DNA from: Porticoccaceae bacterium
GTDB lineage: Bacteria > Pseudomonadota > Gammaproteobacteria > Pseudomonadales > Porticoccaceae
Assembly (NCBI GenBank): GCA_041584755.1
Contig: JBFHDK010000003.1
Location: 12,073-76,072 of the forward strand
Length of the DNA: 64,000 nucleotides
Direction: 5' to 3'
The notes below the pieces were generated by a model, which saw only the letters and a list, made by a program, of their open reading frames with translations, searched no databases and was not told the DNA's origin. Made by a program: the position numbers and the translations under genes. Below, in pieces: positions 52,313 through 61,301 of the stretch (position 1 is its first letter; every line of letters starts with the position of its first letter).

Positions 52313-53524
52313 CTATCGTTCGCCGGTTTTGCATATGCCGCTTTGTTCCAGATCGTTAATGCGGGTTTCCGTGTAGTCCAGCAAGTTACCCATAACATCG
52401 CGGTTGTGTTCGCCCAAAAGCGGTGCTTTCAGCTGCAAAGGTATGGGAAAGCTGGAATAGCGGTAGGGGGAGGCGGGCATTTTCACCGGACCAAAGTGCT
52501 TGTCGTCGACAGTGTCGACCAGCCCTCGCTCGACCATGTGGGGATGGTTCATGACTTCCGGCACACTCAGCACCGGCGCCGCTGGCACATGGTTTTCACC
52601 CAGGATGCGCAGGGCTTCGTCCGCATCGTCAATCCGGTCGAGCCATTGCTCGATGGCCTGGTTCAATTCATCGCGGTTGTCGTAGCGACTGACTGGGTCT
52701 GCAAAACGCGGGTCGTCGAGCCATTCTTCCCTGCCCAGTAGCTTGAGCAGGTTGGGCCATTGCTTGCCCAGGGCGATGATAATCAGCCAGCTATCCTTAC
52801 AGCGGTAGATGGCCAGGGGAGCAACAAAAGGATGCTGATGGCCACTGCGCTGAGGGTTCATTTCGCCGCCGGAGGCGTCATATACCTGAACGTTCATGGC
52901 GTGGTAGCTGAATAGACAATCCAGCAGGGCGATGTCCAGGTACTGGCCACCGCCGCCGTGGAGTTTGTGAAACAGGGCGCTGACAATGGCGCCGTAGGCG
53001 TGGGCGCCGGTGGAGACGTCACCAAAGGCCATGCCCGACAACGCCGGGTAGCCGCCTTCGTTGCCGGTCATGCCCATAATGCCTGCGTAGGCCTGGCCAA
53101 TGTAATCAAAGCCGGGATAACGGGCCAGGGGGCCTTCCTGACCGAGGCAGGAAATGGAACACATGATGAGTTCCGGATTCAGGGCACGCAGGGTCGGCCA
53201 GTCCATATTTAGGCGTTCCATGACGCCGGGGGTGAAATTTTCCACCACCACATCAGCACTTTTAATCAGCTCGTGGCAAATATCCTGGGCCTGCGGTCGG
53301 GTGAGATCCAGGCTGAGGCTTTTCTTGCCAACGTTATGCTGGATGAAGCAGCCGCTACGGCCTTCCTTTACCATCGGCAGTTGTCGCGCCGGGTCGCCAG
53401 TCAGGGACTCGATTTTGATCACTTCGGCCCCATGCTGGGCAAGCAGGCGAGTGCAGTGGGGTCCAGCTACGAAGTGGCTGAAGTCCACCACGCGGATACC
53501 GTTCAGAATATGGGATTCGGACAC
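52313..53524 (-). CDS. family III CoA-transferase, paralogue 4
   Basis: 403 aa. IRVVDFSHFVAGPHCT, LSGMAFGDVSTGAHAYGAI, GGGGQYLD (closest to paralogue 5). Confidence 0.85.
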   Translation of the reverse strand: MSESHILNGIRVVDFSHFVAGPHCTRLLAQHGAEVIKIESLTGDPARQLPMVKEGRSGCFIQHNVGKKSLSLDLTRPQAQDICHELIKSADVVVENFTPGVMERLNMDWPTLRALNPELIMCSISCLGQEGPLARYPGFDYIGQAYAGIMGMTGNEGGYPALSGMAFGDVSTGAHAYGAIVSALFHKLHGGGGQYLDIALLDCLFSYHAMNVQVYDASGGEMNPQRSGHQHPFVAPLAIYRCKDSWLIIIALGKQWPNLLKLLGREEWLDDPRFADPVSRYDNRDELNQAIEQWLDRIDDADEALRILGENHVPAAPVLSVPEVMNHPHMVERGLVDTVDDKHFGPVKMPASPYRYSSFPIPLQLKAPLLGEHNRDVMGNLLDYTETRINDLEQSGICKTGER

Positions 53525-53567
53525 GCTTATGTCTCTTTTAGTGTCGGCAGGTCAGCTCTTACCCCGC

Positions 53568-54773
53568 TTACGCCTTGCCCAGTATGCCTTCCTGGTCCAA
53601 CCGTGCTATATCTTCGCTGCTGTAGCCCAGCTCGCCAAGAATTTCGGCATTGTGTTGGCCGAGGATGCTGGCCTGAAGTTCCAGGGGTTCGGGGAAGGCC
53701 GAAAAACGCATGGGTGAGGCGGGGATTTTGACGTCGCCATACTCGGGGTCGCTGACGGTCTGGATGATGCCCCGCTGCACCATGTGAGGGTGCTCCATGA
53801 CTTCTGGCACATCCAGCACCGGTGCCGCCGGGACATGGTTATCCTCCACCAGAATTTTCACGGCTTTTTCGGCATCGCCAATGGTCGCCAGCCAGGCTTC
53901 AATGGCTTCGCTGATTTCGTCCCGGTTCTCGTTGCGACTCACCGGGTCGGCAAAACGGGGGTCGTCGAGCCACTCTTCCCTGTCCAGCAGTTTGCACAGA
54001 TTGGCCCATTGGGGGCCGATGGTAACGATGATCAGATAGCGATCGCCGCACTTGAACAGCCCCAGTGGTGCGACAAAAGAGTGCTGGTGACCGCTGCGCT
54101 TGGGCACCAGTTGGCCGCCGGAAGCATCGTAAACCTGGACGTTCATTTCATGATAGCTGAACAGGCAGTCCAGTAACGACATATCCAGGTACTGGCCGCC
54201 GCCGCCATTGGCTTTGTGGTAAAGGGCGCTAACGATGGCGCCATAGGCGTGGGCGCCGGTGGAAATGTCACCAAAGGCCATGCCCGACAGCGCTGGCGGC
54301 CCATCCACCTGGCCGGTCATGCCCATGACGCCGGAGTAGGCCTGGCCGATGTAATCAAAGCCGGGCAGTTTTGACAGTGGTCCCTCCTGGCCCAGGCAGG
54401 AGATGGAACACATAACCAGATCCGGGTTGACTTTTTGCAGGGCTTCCCAGTCCATGTTGTACTTTTTCATGATGCCTGGGGTGAAATTCTCGATGACGAC
54501 ATCGGCGTCCTTGATCAGCTTATGGCAGATATCCTGGGCTTCCTGACTGCGTAAATCCAGGCTCATGGCGCGCTTACCGCGGTTATGCTGAATGAAATAG
54601 CCACTGCGGCCGTTTTTCTGTACTGGTAACTGCCGGGCGGTATCGCCCGTAAGCGCCTCGATTTTAATCACCTCGGCGCCGGCTTCCGCCATCAGCCGTG
54701 TGCAGTGGGGTCCGGCAACATAGTGTGTAAAATCTACCACCTTAACCCCATCAAGAACGTGTTTGCGTGTCAT
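53568..54773 (-). CDS. family III CoA-transferase, paralogue 5
   Basis: Start at ATG 54773 (MTRKHVLDGVKVVDFTHYVAGPHCT), 401 aa. LSGMAFGDISTGAHAYGAI. Confidence 0.85.
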   Translation of the reverse strand: MTRKHVLDGVKVVDFTHYVAGPHCTRLMAEAGAEVIKIEALTGDTARQLPVQKNGRSGYFIQHNRGKRAMSLDLRSQEAQDICHKLIKDADVVIENFTPGIMKKYNMDWEALQKVNPDLVMCSISCLGQEGPLSKLPGFDYIGQAYSGVMGMTGQVDGPPALSGMAFGDISTGAHAYGAIVSALYHKANGGGGQYLDMSLLDCLFSYHEMNVQVYDASGGQLVPKRSGHQHSFVAPLGLFKCGDRYLIIVTIGPQWANLCKLLDREEWLDDPRFADPVSRNENRDEISEAIEAWLATIGDAEKAVKILVEDNHVPAAPVLDVPEVMEHPHMVQRGIIQTVSDPEYGDVKIPASPMRFSAFPEPLELQASILGQHNAEILGELGYSSEDIARLDQEGILGKA

Positions 54774-54969
54774 CAAATGCCCCCTATGAAAGCGTTCTAG
54801 TTGTAATCTTGTCCGTGGCGTAGGCATGTCGCTGGCCTACATTGCAAGGCTGTCTGTCACCAGCAATCGTGAAGAGCAGGCCCTTTACATAATAACAGCG
54901 TTGCGGTGCTTGTCATCCCGTGCGGCGAGTCATAGCGCTGTCGCCCCAGGGTGTAACTATCAAGGCTTT

Positions 54970-55272
54970 TTATCCAGCTTTTTTCAACACCCCGAGCGCG
55001 ATTGACAAAACCGCCATGGCTGCCAGTGGCTTTGCGTTGTGGTTTTCTCGCAGGCTGGTTTTGGCTTGTTGTTTGAGTAGGCTTTTTGCTGCTTTGCTTT
55101 GCTTTGCTTTGCTTTGCTTGGCGTCGGCGGGGCAGGGGCAGGGGCGATCGCTGAAAGATTGACGGCCCTTGTCATCGGTACCGGTATAGATGCTACCTGC
55201 CTGCGCCAGTGTGTTCACGCCAAGCAGGGATAAAGCCAGGCTGACTGCCCGGCAAAAATTTCTTGTCTTCAT
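54970..55272 (-). CDS. small secreted DUF4124-like protein containing a pentanucleotide repeat
   Basis: Start at ATG 55272 (signal peptide MKTRNFCRAVSLALSLLGVNTLAQA). SIYTGTDDKGRQSFSDRP resembles the DUF4124 core. Lys-rich tail KQSKAKQSKAAKS. Confidence 0.5.
   Translation of the reverse strand: MKTRNFCRAVSLALSLLGVNTLAQAGSIYTGTDDKGRQSFSDRPCPCPADAKQSKAKQSKAAKSLLKQQAKTSLRENHNAKPLAAMAVLSIALGVLKKAG
55091..55115. repeat. (GCTTT)5 pentanucleotide microsatellite inside a CDS
   Basis: gctttgctttgctttgctttgcttt, then gcttg. On the coding (minus) strand this is (AAAGC)5, encoding KQSKAKQSKA. Confidence 0.9.
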
Positions 55273-55388
55273 ACTGATTTGTCCGGGATTTGCTTTACGC
55301 ATTTGATTTATGTCCGGGTAGATGCCTTCCGGCTTCGGGTAGTATAGCGGCCTGTTTTTAAGCGTGTACGTGCGAAAGGGGGGGATTA

Positions 55389-55811
55389 ATGGCGGGTAAA
55401 TACGGTGAGGGCGACGCTTCTTTTCAGGCGGCCGGAGGATTGGAGGGGCTAAGAAGACTGGTAGATCGTTTCTACCAGACCATGGACGAGTTGCCCGAGG
55501 CCAGAACCATACGCGCTATGCATCCTGCGGATCTTACCGAGGCGAAGGACAAGTTGACCCTGTTTCTCAGCGGCTGGCTGGGTGGCGAGAAACTGTTTTC
55601 CAAAAAATATGGGCCTATTGTGATTCCCAAAGCGCATGCCCACCTGGAGTTAGATGAGCCCGAGCGTGACGCCTGGCTGGTCTGCATGCAGGTGGCTGTT
55701 GATGAACAGGATTACGCACCGGCTTTTAAAACATACCTGATGGAGCAGTTGTTTGTGCCGGCGGAACGTTGTCGTATCGCGAGTGTCAATCGCAGAGCAC
55801 AAACCGACTAG
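55389..55811 (+). CDS. group II truncated hemoglobin
   Basis: 140 aa. RLVDRFYQTMDE...MH......KLTLFLSGWLGG...Y......KAHAHL pattern of GlbO/YjbI-type 2/2 globins. Confidence 0.7.
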   Translation: MAGKYGEGDASFQAAGGLEGLRRLVDRFYQTMDELPEARTIRAMHPADLTEAKDKLTLFLSGWLGGEKLFSKKYGPIVIPKAHAHLELDEPERDAWLVCMQVAVDEQDYAPAFKTYLMEQLFVPAERCRIASVNRRAQTD

Positions 55812-55830
55812 ATTTCTAGGGGAGAAGCGG

Positions 55831-56253
55831 ATGCACATTTCCGGTCAATGTTTTTGCGGGGCAATTGCTTATGAATCGGAACTGGATGAAAACCGCATAG
55901 GTATTTGCCATTGCCGGGATTGCCAGATCTTTAGTGGATCGGCCTTTCGCATGTCCAGCGTTGTACCCATTGAGGCGTTCAGGTTTACCCGGGGCGAACC
56001 GAAGTATTTTGACAAGCGGGCAGACAGTGGCGCGATTCGGCGACTGGCCTTTTGTGGGGACTGTGGGACCCACCTGTGTTCGTTGCCGGTGGGAGGCGAT
56101 TCCACATCACCATTTGTGTCCATTCGGCTGTCAACGGCGCGAGAGTTTCCGCAATTAAAACCGGTCTCGGAAATCTACTGTGATTCCCGGGTTGCCTGGC
56201 TGGAGCCCCTGTCCGACAGCATCCAGTTTCCGCGCATGCCCCCTGAAAGCTAG
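55831..56253 (+). CDS. GFA (glutathione-dependent formaldehyde-activating/CENP-V) family protein
   Basis: Start at ATG 55831 with GGAGAA SD. Zinc Cys pattern CFCG...CHCRDC...CGDCGTHL. Confidence 0.75.
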   Translation: MHISGQCFCGAIAYESELDENRIGICHCRDCQIFSGSAFRMSSVVPIEAFRFTRGEPKYFDKRADSGAIRRLAFCGDCGTHLCSLPVGGDSTSPFVSIRLSTAREFPQLKPVSEIYCDSRVAWLEPLSDSIQFPRMPPES

Positions 56254-56298
56254 CCGCTGCCTGTTGGGGCCACTAGCCAGCTTGCTTACTGATCTACC

Positions 56299-57999
56299 TT
56301 ATTCAGTAAGTCCCATAATCTTTTTCACCTCCGGCTTCATGATTTTGCCATTGGCGTTGCGCGGCAGGGGCTCGGGGTATTGATCAATACGGATGGGCAC
56401 CTTAAACGCGGCAATTTGCGCGGCCACGTGATCCTGCAGGTCTTTTTCCGTCACGGTATCGCCGGGGCGAATCTGCACCAGGGCGCCGACCTCTTCACCG
56501 AGTACTGGATGGGGAATGCCCACCACGGCGGCATCGATCACCGCCGGGTGGTCGTAGAGGGCGCTTTCCACCTCGATGCAGTAGATATTTTCACCGCCAC
56601 GCAGAAGCATATCCTTGGCTCTATCCACCACGAATAGAAAACCTTCCTGATCCAGATAACCCAGATCGCCGGTGTGCAGCCAGCCGTCGGTGATGGCTTT
56701 CGCTGTTGCCTCGGGGTTGTTCCAGTAACCCTTGATCACCTGAGGTCCTTTAACCCAGATCTCGCCGATCTTCCCGGTGGTCATCTGGTTTTCATCGTCC
56801 GACATGATTTTGATATCACACACCGCCGCCGGCATGCCGGCGCTTTCGGGATGGGTTAAATAATCCTCGGCGACGCACACGGTGGTCAGGGCGCTGGTCT
56901 CGGTCAGGCCATAGCCGTTACTGGAGCTGGAATTGGGGAAGGCCTCTTTCACCCGCCGGGCCAGCTGCGGCGCCGGGGGTGCGCCGCCAAACAGGACAGC
57001 CCGAATGGTGGAAGTGTCGTGTTGGGCCAAAATAGGCGATTCCAGCACCTGCAGGGGCATGGAGGGCACACCGCCAAAAGAATGCAGTTTTTCCTTTTCG
57101 ATCAATCGAATGGCATCGTCGGCATCCCATTTGTACATAAAGACAATTTTGCTGCCCGCAATCGTGCTGCCACAGAGCATGGCCAGCGAGCCGGTAACGT
57201 GGAATAGTGGCGCGCTAATCAACTGACCCATTTGTTCGGTGGGCATCTCCGGCTCGCGGCCGTAGCGATACTCGGTGCGTACCCGGCAGTAGATGCCGCT
57301 GATCTGGTTGGAACAGATATTGCGATGGGTGTTAATCGCGCCCTTGGGGTTGCCCGTGGTGCCGGAGGTGTAATAGATACTGGCGTCATCATCCGGGGCG
57401 ATGTCTATCTCGGGTAATTTTTCCCTTTGGCTCTGTCGCTGGAGCAAATCCTCGAAGCGGTCTTCATTTGGGCTGATGGCGTTGTCTTCCCCGCGAATAA
57501 CAATCAGCTTTTCCAGGGTATGAATGTGATCGCAGGCCCCGGCCAGCAAACTGGCCCGTTGCTGATCGGCAAACACCAGCCGGGCTCCGCAGTTGTCGAT
57601 GGCGTATTCCAGCTCGCGGCCAGTCCACCAGGCATTCAGTGGCACGATCACCGCGCCGACGGATACCGTCGCCCAGAAGATTACCGGCCACTCAGGATAG
57701 TTGCGCATGGCCAGCGCCACCCGATCGCCCCTGCCAATGCCGTAGTCCTCGATCAGGGCGTGGGCAAGTGCCACGACTTGCTGATAATGCCGACCATAGG
57801 TCATGCGCTCGTTCTCATACACCAGGTAATCCCGCTCGGCGAACTGCAGGGTGTCTTCCAGAATGGCCCGCAGGTGGGGCTTTGCCTGTTTCCACACGCG
57901 GGTCCGCAGGCCGTTGATGTCGACTTCCTCCATCTCGAAGGGCGAGCCGGGTGCGGTGAGTTTCTGGTCAAGAAGCGGAACGGGAACCGGTGTGCTCAT
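56299..57999 (-). CDS. AMP-dependent acyl-CoA synthetase/ligase
   Basis: Start at ATG 57999. YTSGTTGNPKGA AMP-binding signature, GYGLTET, TGDLGYLDQEGFLFVVDRAKD. Confidence 0.85.
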   Translation of the reverse strand: MSTPVPVPLLDQKLTAPGSPFEMEEVDINGLRTRVWKQAKPHLRAILEDTLQFAERDYLVYENERMTYGRHYQQVVALAHALIEDYGIGRGDRVALAMRNYPEWPVIFWATVSVGAVIVPLNAWWTGRELEYAIDNCGARLVFADQQRASLLAGACDHIHTLEKLIVIRGEDNAISPNEDRFEDLLQRQSQREKLPEIDIAPDDDASIYYTSGTTGNPKGAINTHRNICSNQISGIYCRVRTEYRYGREPEMPTEQMGQLISAPLFHVTGSLAMLCGSTIAGSKIVFMYKWDADDAIRLIEKEKLHSFGGVPSMPLQVLESPILAQHDTSTIRAVLFGGAPPAPQLARRVKEAFPNSSSSNGYGLTETSALTTVCVAEDYLTHPESAGMPAAVCDIKIMSDDENQMTTGKIGEIWVKGPQVIKGYWNNPEATAKAITDGWLHTGDLGYLDQEGFLFVVDRAKDMLLRGGENIYCIEVESALYDHPAVIDAAVVGIPHPVLGEEVGALVQIRPGDTVTEKDLQDHVAAQIAAFKVPIRIDQYPEPLPRNANGKIMKPEVKKIMGLTE

Positions 58000-58153
58000 A
58001 GGATATTCTCTGTTTATTGTCGTGACTATTGAAACCAAGCGAGAGGTGCGGCGCAAGTGGCAGAGCTTTGTTGCTGTCAGGCGTACACCTTTGTTGGTGC
58101 TACGTTAGAATATCCTTCGTGGGTTTGTTTTGGTTGATTCAACGAGTTAAGGA

Positions 58154-58936
58154 ATGGCAATGAAAAATTTATTCGATTTGACTGGCAAAGTGGCGGTTAT
58201 CACCGGTTCCACCAAGGGCATCGGCAAGGCCATTGCCGAGCAGATGGCCGCCCATGGCGCCAGGGTGGTGATCTCCAGCCGCAAGGCCGAGGTCTGTAAC
58301 GAGGTAGCCGCGGGGATCAATGCCGCTGATAATTCCGGTGAGGCCATTGCGATTGCCGCCAATATCTCTCGCAAGGAAGATCTGCAAAACCTGGTGGATA
58401 AAACCCGTGAGCAGTGGGGGCGCATTGACGTGCTGGTCTGCAATGCCGCAGCTAATCCTTATTATGGTGGGATGCTGGGCATCAATGATGATCAGTTCGA
58501 CAAGGTGATGGATAACAATATCAAGTCCAATCATTGGTTGTGTTCCATGGTGATACCAGAGATGCAGGAGCGCAAAGACGGCGCGATTATTATCATTTCT
58601 TCCATCGCCGGCCTGGTGGGCCATACCACGCTGGGCGCCTACGGCATTTCCAAGGCGGCTGACTTCGCCCTGGTGCGCAATATCGCCGCGGAATTCGGGC
58701 CGGACAATGTGCGCGCCAATGCCATTGCCCCGGGCCTGATTAAAACCGACTTCGCCCGGGCGTTGTGGGATAACCCGGAATACCTCAAAGCAGCGACCGC
58801 CAATGCGCCCCTGCGTCGCATCGGCACACCCGACGAAATCGCCGGCGGCGTGGTGTTCCTGGCTTCGGATGCGGGAAGCTTTATGACTGGCCAAACCCTG
58901 GTGATCGATGGAGGGCGGGTTATCTCTAACGAATGA
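58154..58936 (+). CDS. SDR-family oxidoreductase
   Basis: TGSTKGIGKA, NAAANPYYG, Y-x3-K (AYGISKAA), FMTGQTLVIDGG. Alternative start ATG 58160 has better SD spacing. Confidence 0.85.
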   Translation: MAMKNLFDLTGKVAVITGSTKGIGKAIAEQMAAHGARVVISSRKAEVCNEVAAGINAADNSGEAIAIAANISRKEDLQNLVDKTREQWGRIDVLVCNAAANPYYGGMLGINDDQFDKVMDNNIKSNHWLCSMVIPEMQERKDGAIIIISSIAGLVGHTTLGAYGISKAADFALVRNIAAEFGPDNVRANAIAPGLIKTDFARALWDNPEYLKAATANAPLRRIGTPDEIAGGVVFLASDAGSFMTGQTLVIDGGRVISNE

Positions 58937-59071
58937 AGGCTGCCTTGAATAAAAAAGCGAAGGGAATAAACCGCCTTGCTTCCTTGAAGCGCTGCCAAGG
59001 CCTGACTAGACTCAAACAGGAAACCCTACTGACAAATTCAACAACATAAACGGATAAAACGGGGGCATGTT

Positions 59072-60172
59072 ATGGACGTAGGCATGTTGAGCGTCTTTCA
59101 ATCGGGACTCGGTCAGGATCTCACTGACCTTGAGGTCTACAAAAAGCAATTGGCCATCTGCGATCTGGTGGAGCCACTGGGATTTGATTCCCTGTGGGCG
59201 GCCGAGCACCACTTTACCGATTACACCATGTGTCCCAGTGTTACCGAACTGCTGGCCTATATGGCCGGGCGCACAGAGCGTATCGGATTGGGCACAGCAG
59301 TGCTGATCCTGCCCTGGCACAAGGACCCGGGGCGCATTGCCGTGGAAATGGCCATGCTCGATAACCTCAGCGATGGCCGCGCCTTGATGGGTTTCGGTCG
59401 GGGCATTGGTCGGGTGGAATACGACGGCTTTGGTATTCCCATGGAGGAGTCTCGCGATCGCTTTGACGAATCGGCGGAAATTATCATCCAGGGTCTGGAA
59501 ACCGGCTTTATCGAGTATGACGGCAAGTTCTTCCAGCAGGAGCGCCGCGAGTTGCGACCGCGCCCCTTCAAGTCCTTTAAAGACCGGCTGTACATGGCCT
59601 GCCAGTCGCCGGATTCCGCCGATGTGGTGGCCGACCTGGGCGCTACCATGATGATCTTTGCCATTTCACCCTGGAAGAGCCGGGCCAAGGATGTGGATCG
59701 TTATCGCGCCCGCTTCCGAAAATCCCAGGGCAAGGAGCCACCACCGATTATTGCCAATATCTTCTGCGTCTGCGATGAAGATGCCGGCCGGGCCGAGGAA
59801 AACGCCCTCAAATATATGCACGATTACTGGATTTCCGCCCTCGACCACTACGAGATGGACGGCACCCACTTCAGTGACAAAAAGGTCTACAACTACTACG
59901 CCCAAAGCGCCGAAATCATGCGCGATCGGGGTCGGGAGTCGGTGACCGAGCTGTTTACCAATAACCAGGTGCACGGCACCCCCCAGCAGATTCTTGACAA
60001 GATCCACTGGATTCGTGAGCAGGCAGGCCCCATGAACCTGAATGTGTCTTTCAGTTTTGGTGGTATGCCTTTTGAGGATGCGGAGAAATCCATGCGCCTG
60101 TTTGCCGATAAGGTGCTGCCCGAGCTGCACATCTGGCCCTGTGAGCCGGAAGGGTATCAGGCCAGTGCCTGA
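59072..60172 (+). CDS. luciferase-like (LLM class) flavin-dependent monooxygenase
   Basis: 366 aa. LGFDSLWAAEHHFTDY, LPWH.P.R.A...A.LDNLS.GR TIM-barrel pattern of the bacterial luciferase family. Confidence 0.8.
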   Translation: MDVGMLSVFQSGLGQDLTDLEVYKKQLAICDLVEPLGFDSLWAAEHHFTDYTMCPSVTELLAYMAGRTERIGLGTAVLILPWHKDPGRIAVEMAMLDNLSDGRALMGFGRGIGRVEYDGFGIPMEESRDRFDESAEIIIQGLETGFIEYDGKFFQQERRELRPRPFKSFKDRLYMACQSPDSADVVADLGATMMIFAISPWKSRAKDVDRYRARFRKSQGKEPPPIIANIFCVCDEDAGRAEENALKYMHDYWISALDHYEMDGTHFSDKKVYNYYAQSAEIMRDRGRESVTELFTNNQVHGTPQQILDKIHWIREQAGPMNLNVSFSFGGMPFEDAEKSMRLFADKVLPELHIWPCEPEGYQASA

Positions 60173-60321
60173 CCGCGCTGTGATCATCATACGCCCTTCG
60201 GCGTGGTTTTCTCCCGGCAATTGCGAGCCGGGAGGCTTTGTTGCACACTAACCGTGATCTTAAATGGCCACATTCACAGTCCCTGACTTCCGGGCGCTGA
60301 ATTCCAGAAGAGGTAACAATA

Positions 60322-61215
60322 ATGGCAAGTCTAAGAAGTAAATTATTGGCGTCAGTGATGCGCGTCACCATGAAAAAGATGCTTGGCCGCAGCGGTGATG
60401 TGGATAAGGAGCGGGCATCCCTGGATAAAATGTCCGGTATGACCGCCAGCCGCAAGCCGGGGCAATCCACCGAAGTGGGGGGAGTGTCCGGTGAATGGCA
60501 GTATTGCGAAGGCGCGCAACCCGAGCGCACCATTCTTTATCTGCATGGCGGTGGTTACGCGTTGGGCGGGCCGGACAGCCACCGGGATATGGTCGGCGCC
60601 ATTGCCGACGCCACCCAGGCCAAGGCCCTGATTCTTGACTATCGCCTGGGTCCGGAAACGCCTTTTCCTGGCGCCGTCGATGATGCCGTTGCTGCTTATC
60701 AGGCGCTGCTGGATGATGGCGAGGAAGCCGGGAAAATTTTTGTCGCCGGCGACTCTGCAGGCGGTGGCCTGACGGCGGCGACCCTGGTGGCTATTAAGGA
60801 TAAAGGTCTTCCGATGCCCGCCGGCGGGGTCTGTATTTCGCCGTGGGCGGATCTGACCTTCTCCGGGCGTTCCATGTACACCAAGGCGGTGGACGATGCC
60901 ATGCTGAGTAAGGAAACGCTGTCCTGGATGGCTGATCTGTATCTTGCTGGTCAGGACGCCAGCCACCCGCTGGCGTCGCCAATTTATGTCGATCTGTCCG
61001 GCCTGCCGCCCCTGTTGATCCAGGTGGGTGGCGACGAGGTGCTACTGGATGATTCGCTGACCCTGCACGAGCGCGCCAAAGCCGCCGGGGTGGATTCGAC
61101 CCTTGAAGTCTGGGATGACATGATGCATGTCTGGCATCTGATGGCGAAATTTATCCCCGAGGGTAGGCTGGCGATGAAGTCGATTGCCGAGTTTATGGGT
61201 AAGCATACTGCCTGA
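60322..61215 (+). CDS. alpha/beta hydrolase, hormone-sensitive-lipase-type esterase
   Basis: 297 aa. Oxyanion HGGGY, nucleophile elbow GDSAGG, late D...H (WDDMMHVWH). Confidence 0.85.
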   Translation: MASLRSKLLASVMRVTMKKMLGRSGDVDKERASLDKMSGMTASRKPGQSTEVGGVSGEWQYCEGAQPERTILYLHGGGYALGGPDSHRDMVGAIADATQAKALILDYRLGPETPFPGAVDDAVAAYQALLDDGEEAGKIFVAGDSAGGGLTAATLVAIKDKGLPMPAGGVCISPWADLTFSGRSMYTKAVDDAMLSKETLSWMADLYLAGQDASHPLASPIYVDLSGLPPLLIQVGGDEVLLDDSLTLHERAKAAGVDSTLEVWDDMMHVWHLMAKFIPEGRLAMKSIAEFMGKHTA

Positions 61216-61260
61216 TTTCGCTGGATAAACTATTTTTGCACGGCGAACTACGTAACCGGT

Positions 61261-61292
61261 AAAGCCCTGTTTATTTTGCAGGGCTTTTTTTT
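61261..61292 (+). terminator. rho-independent terminator after the esterase gene
   Basis: GCCCTG-tttattttg-CAGGGC followed by TTTTTTTT. Confidence 0.7.
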
Positions 61293-61301
61293 GACCTCTA
61301 T

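Noticed and set aside
55129-55146. GGGGCA/GGGGCA/GGGGCG hexamer repeat.
   Set aside because: A 6-nt unit is frame-neutral (it encodes PCPCP) and there are only three copies. It is not a plausible switch on its own.
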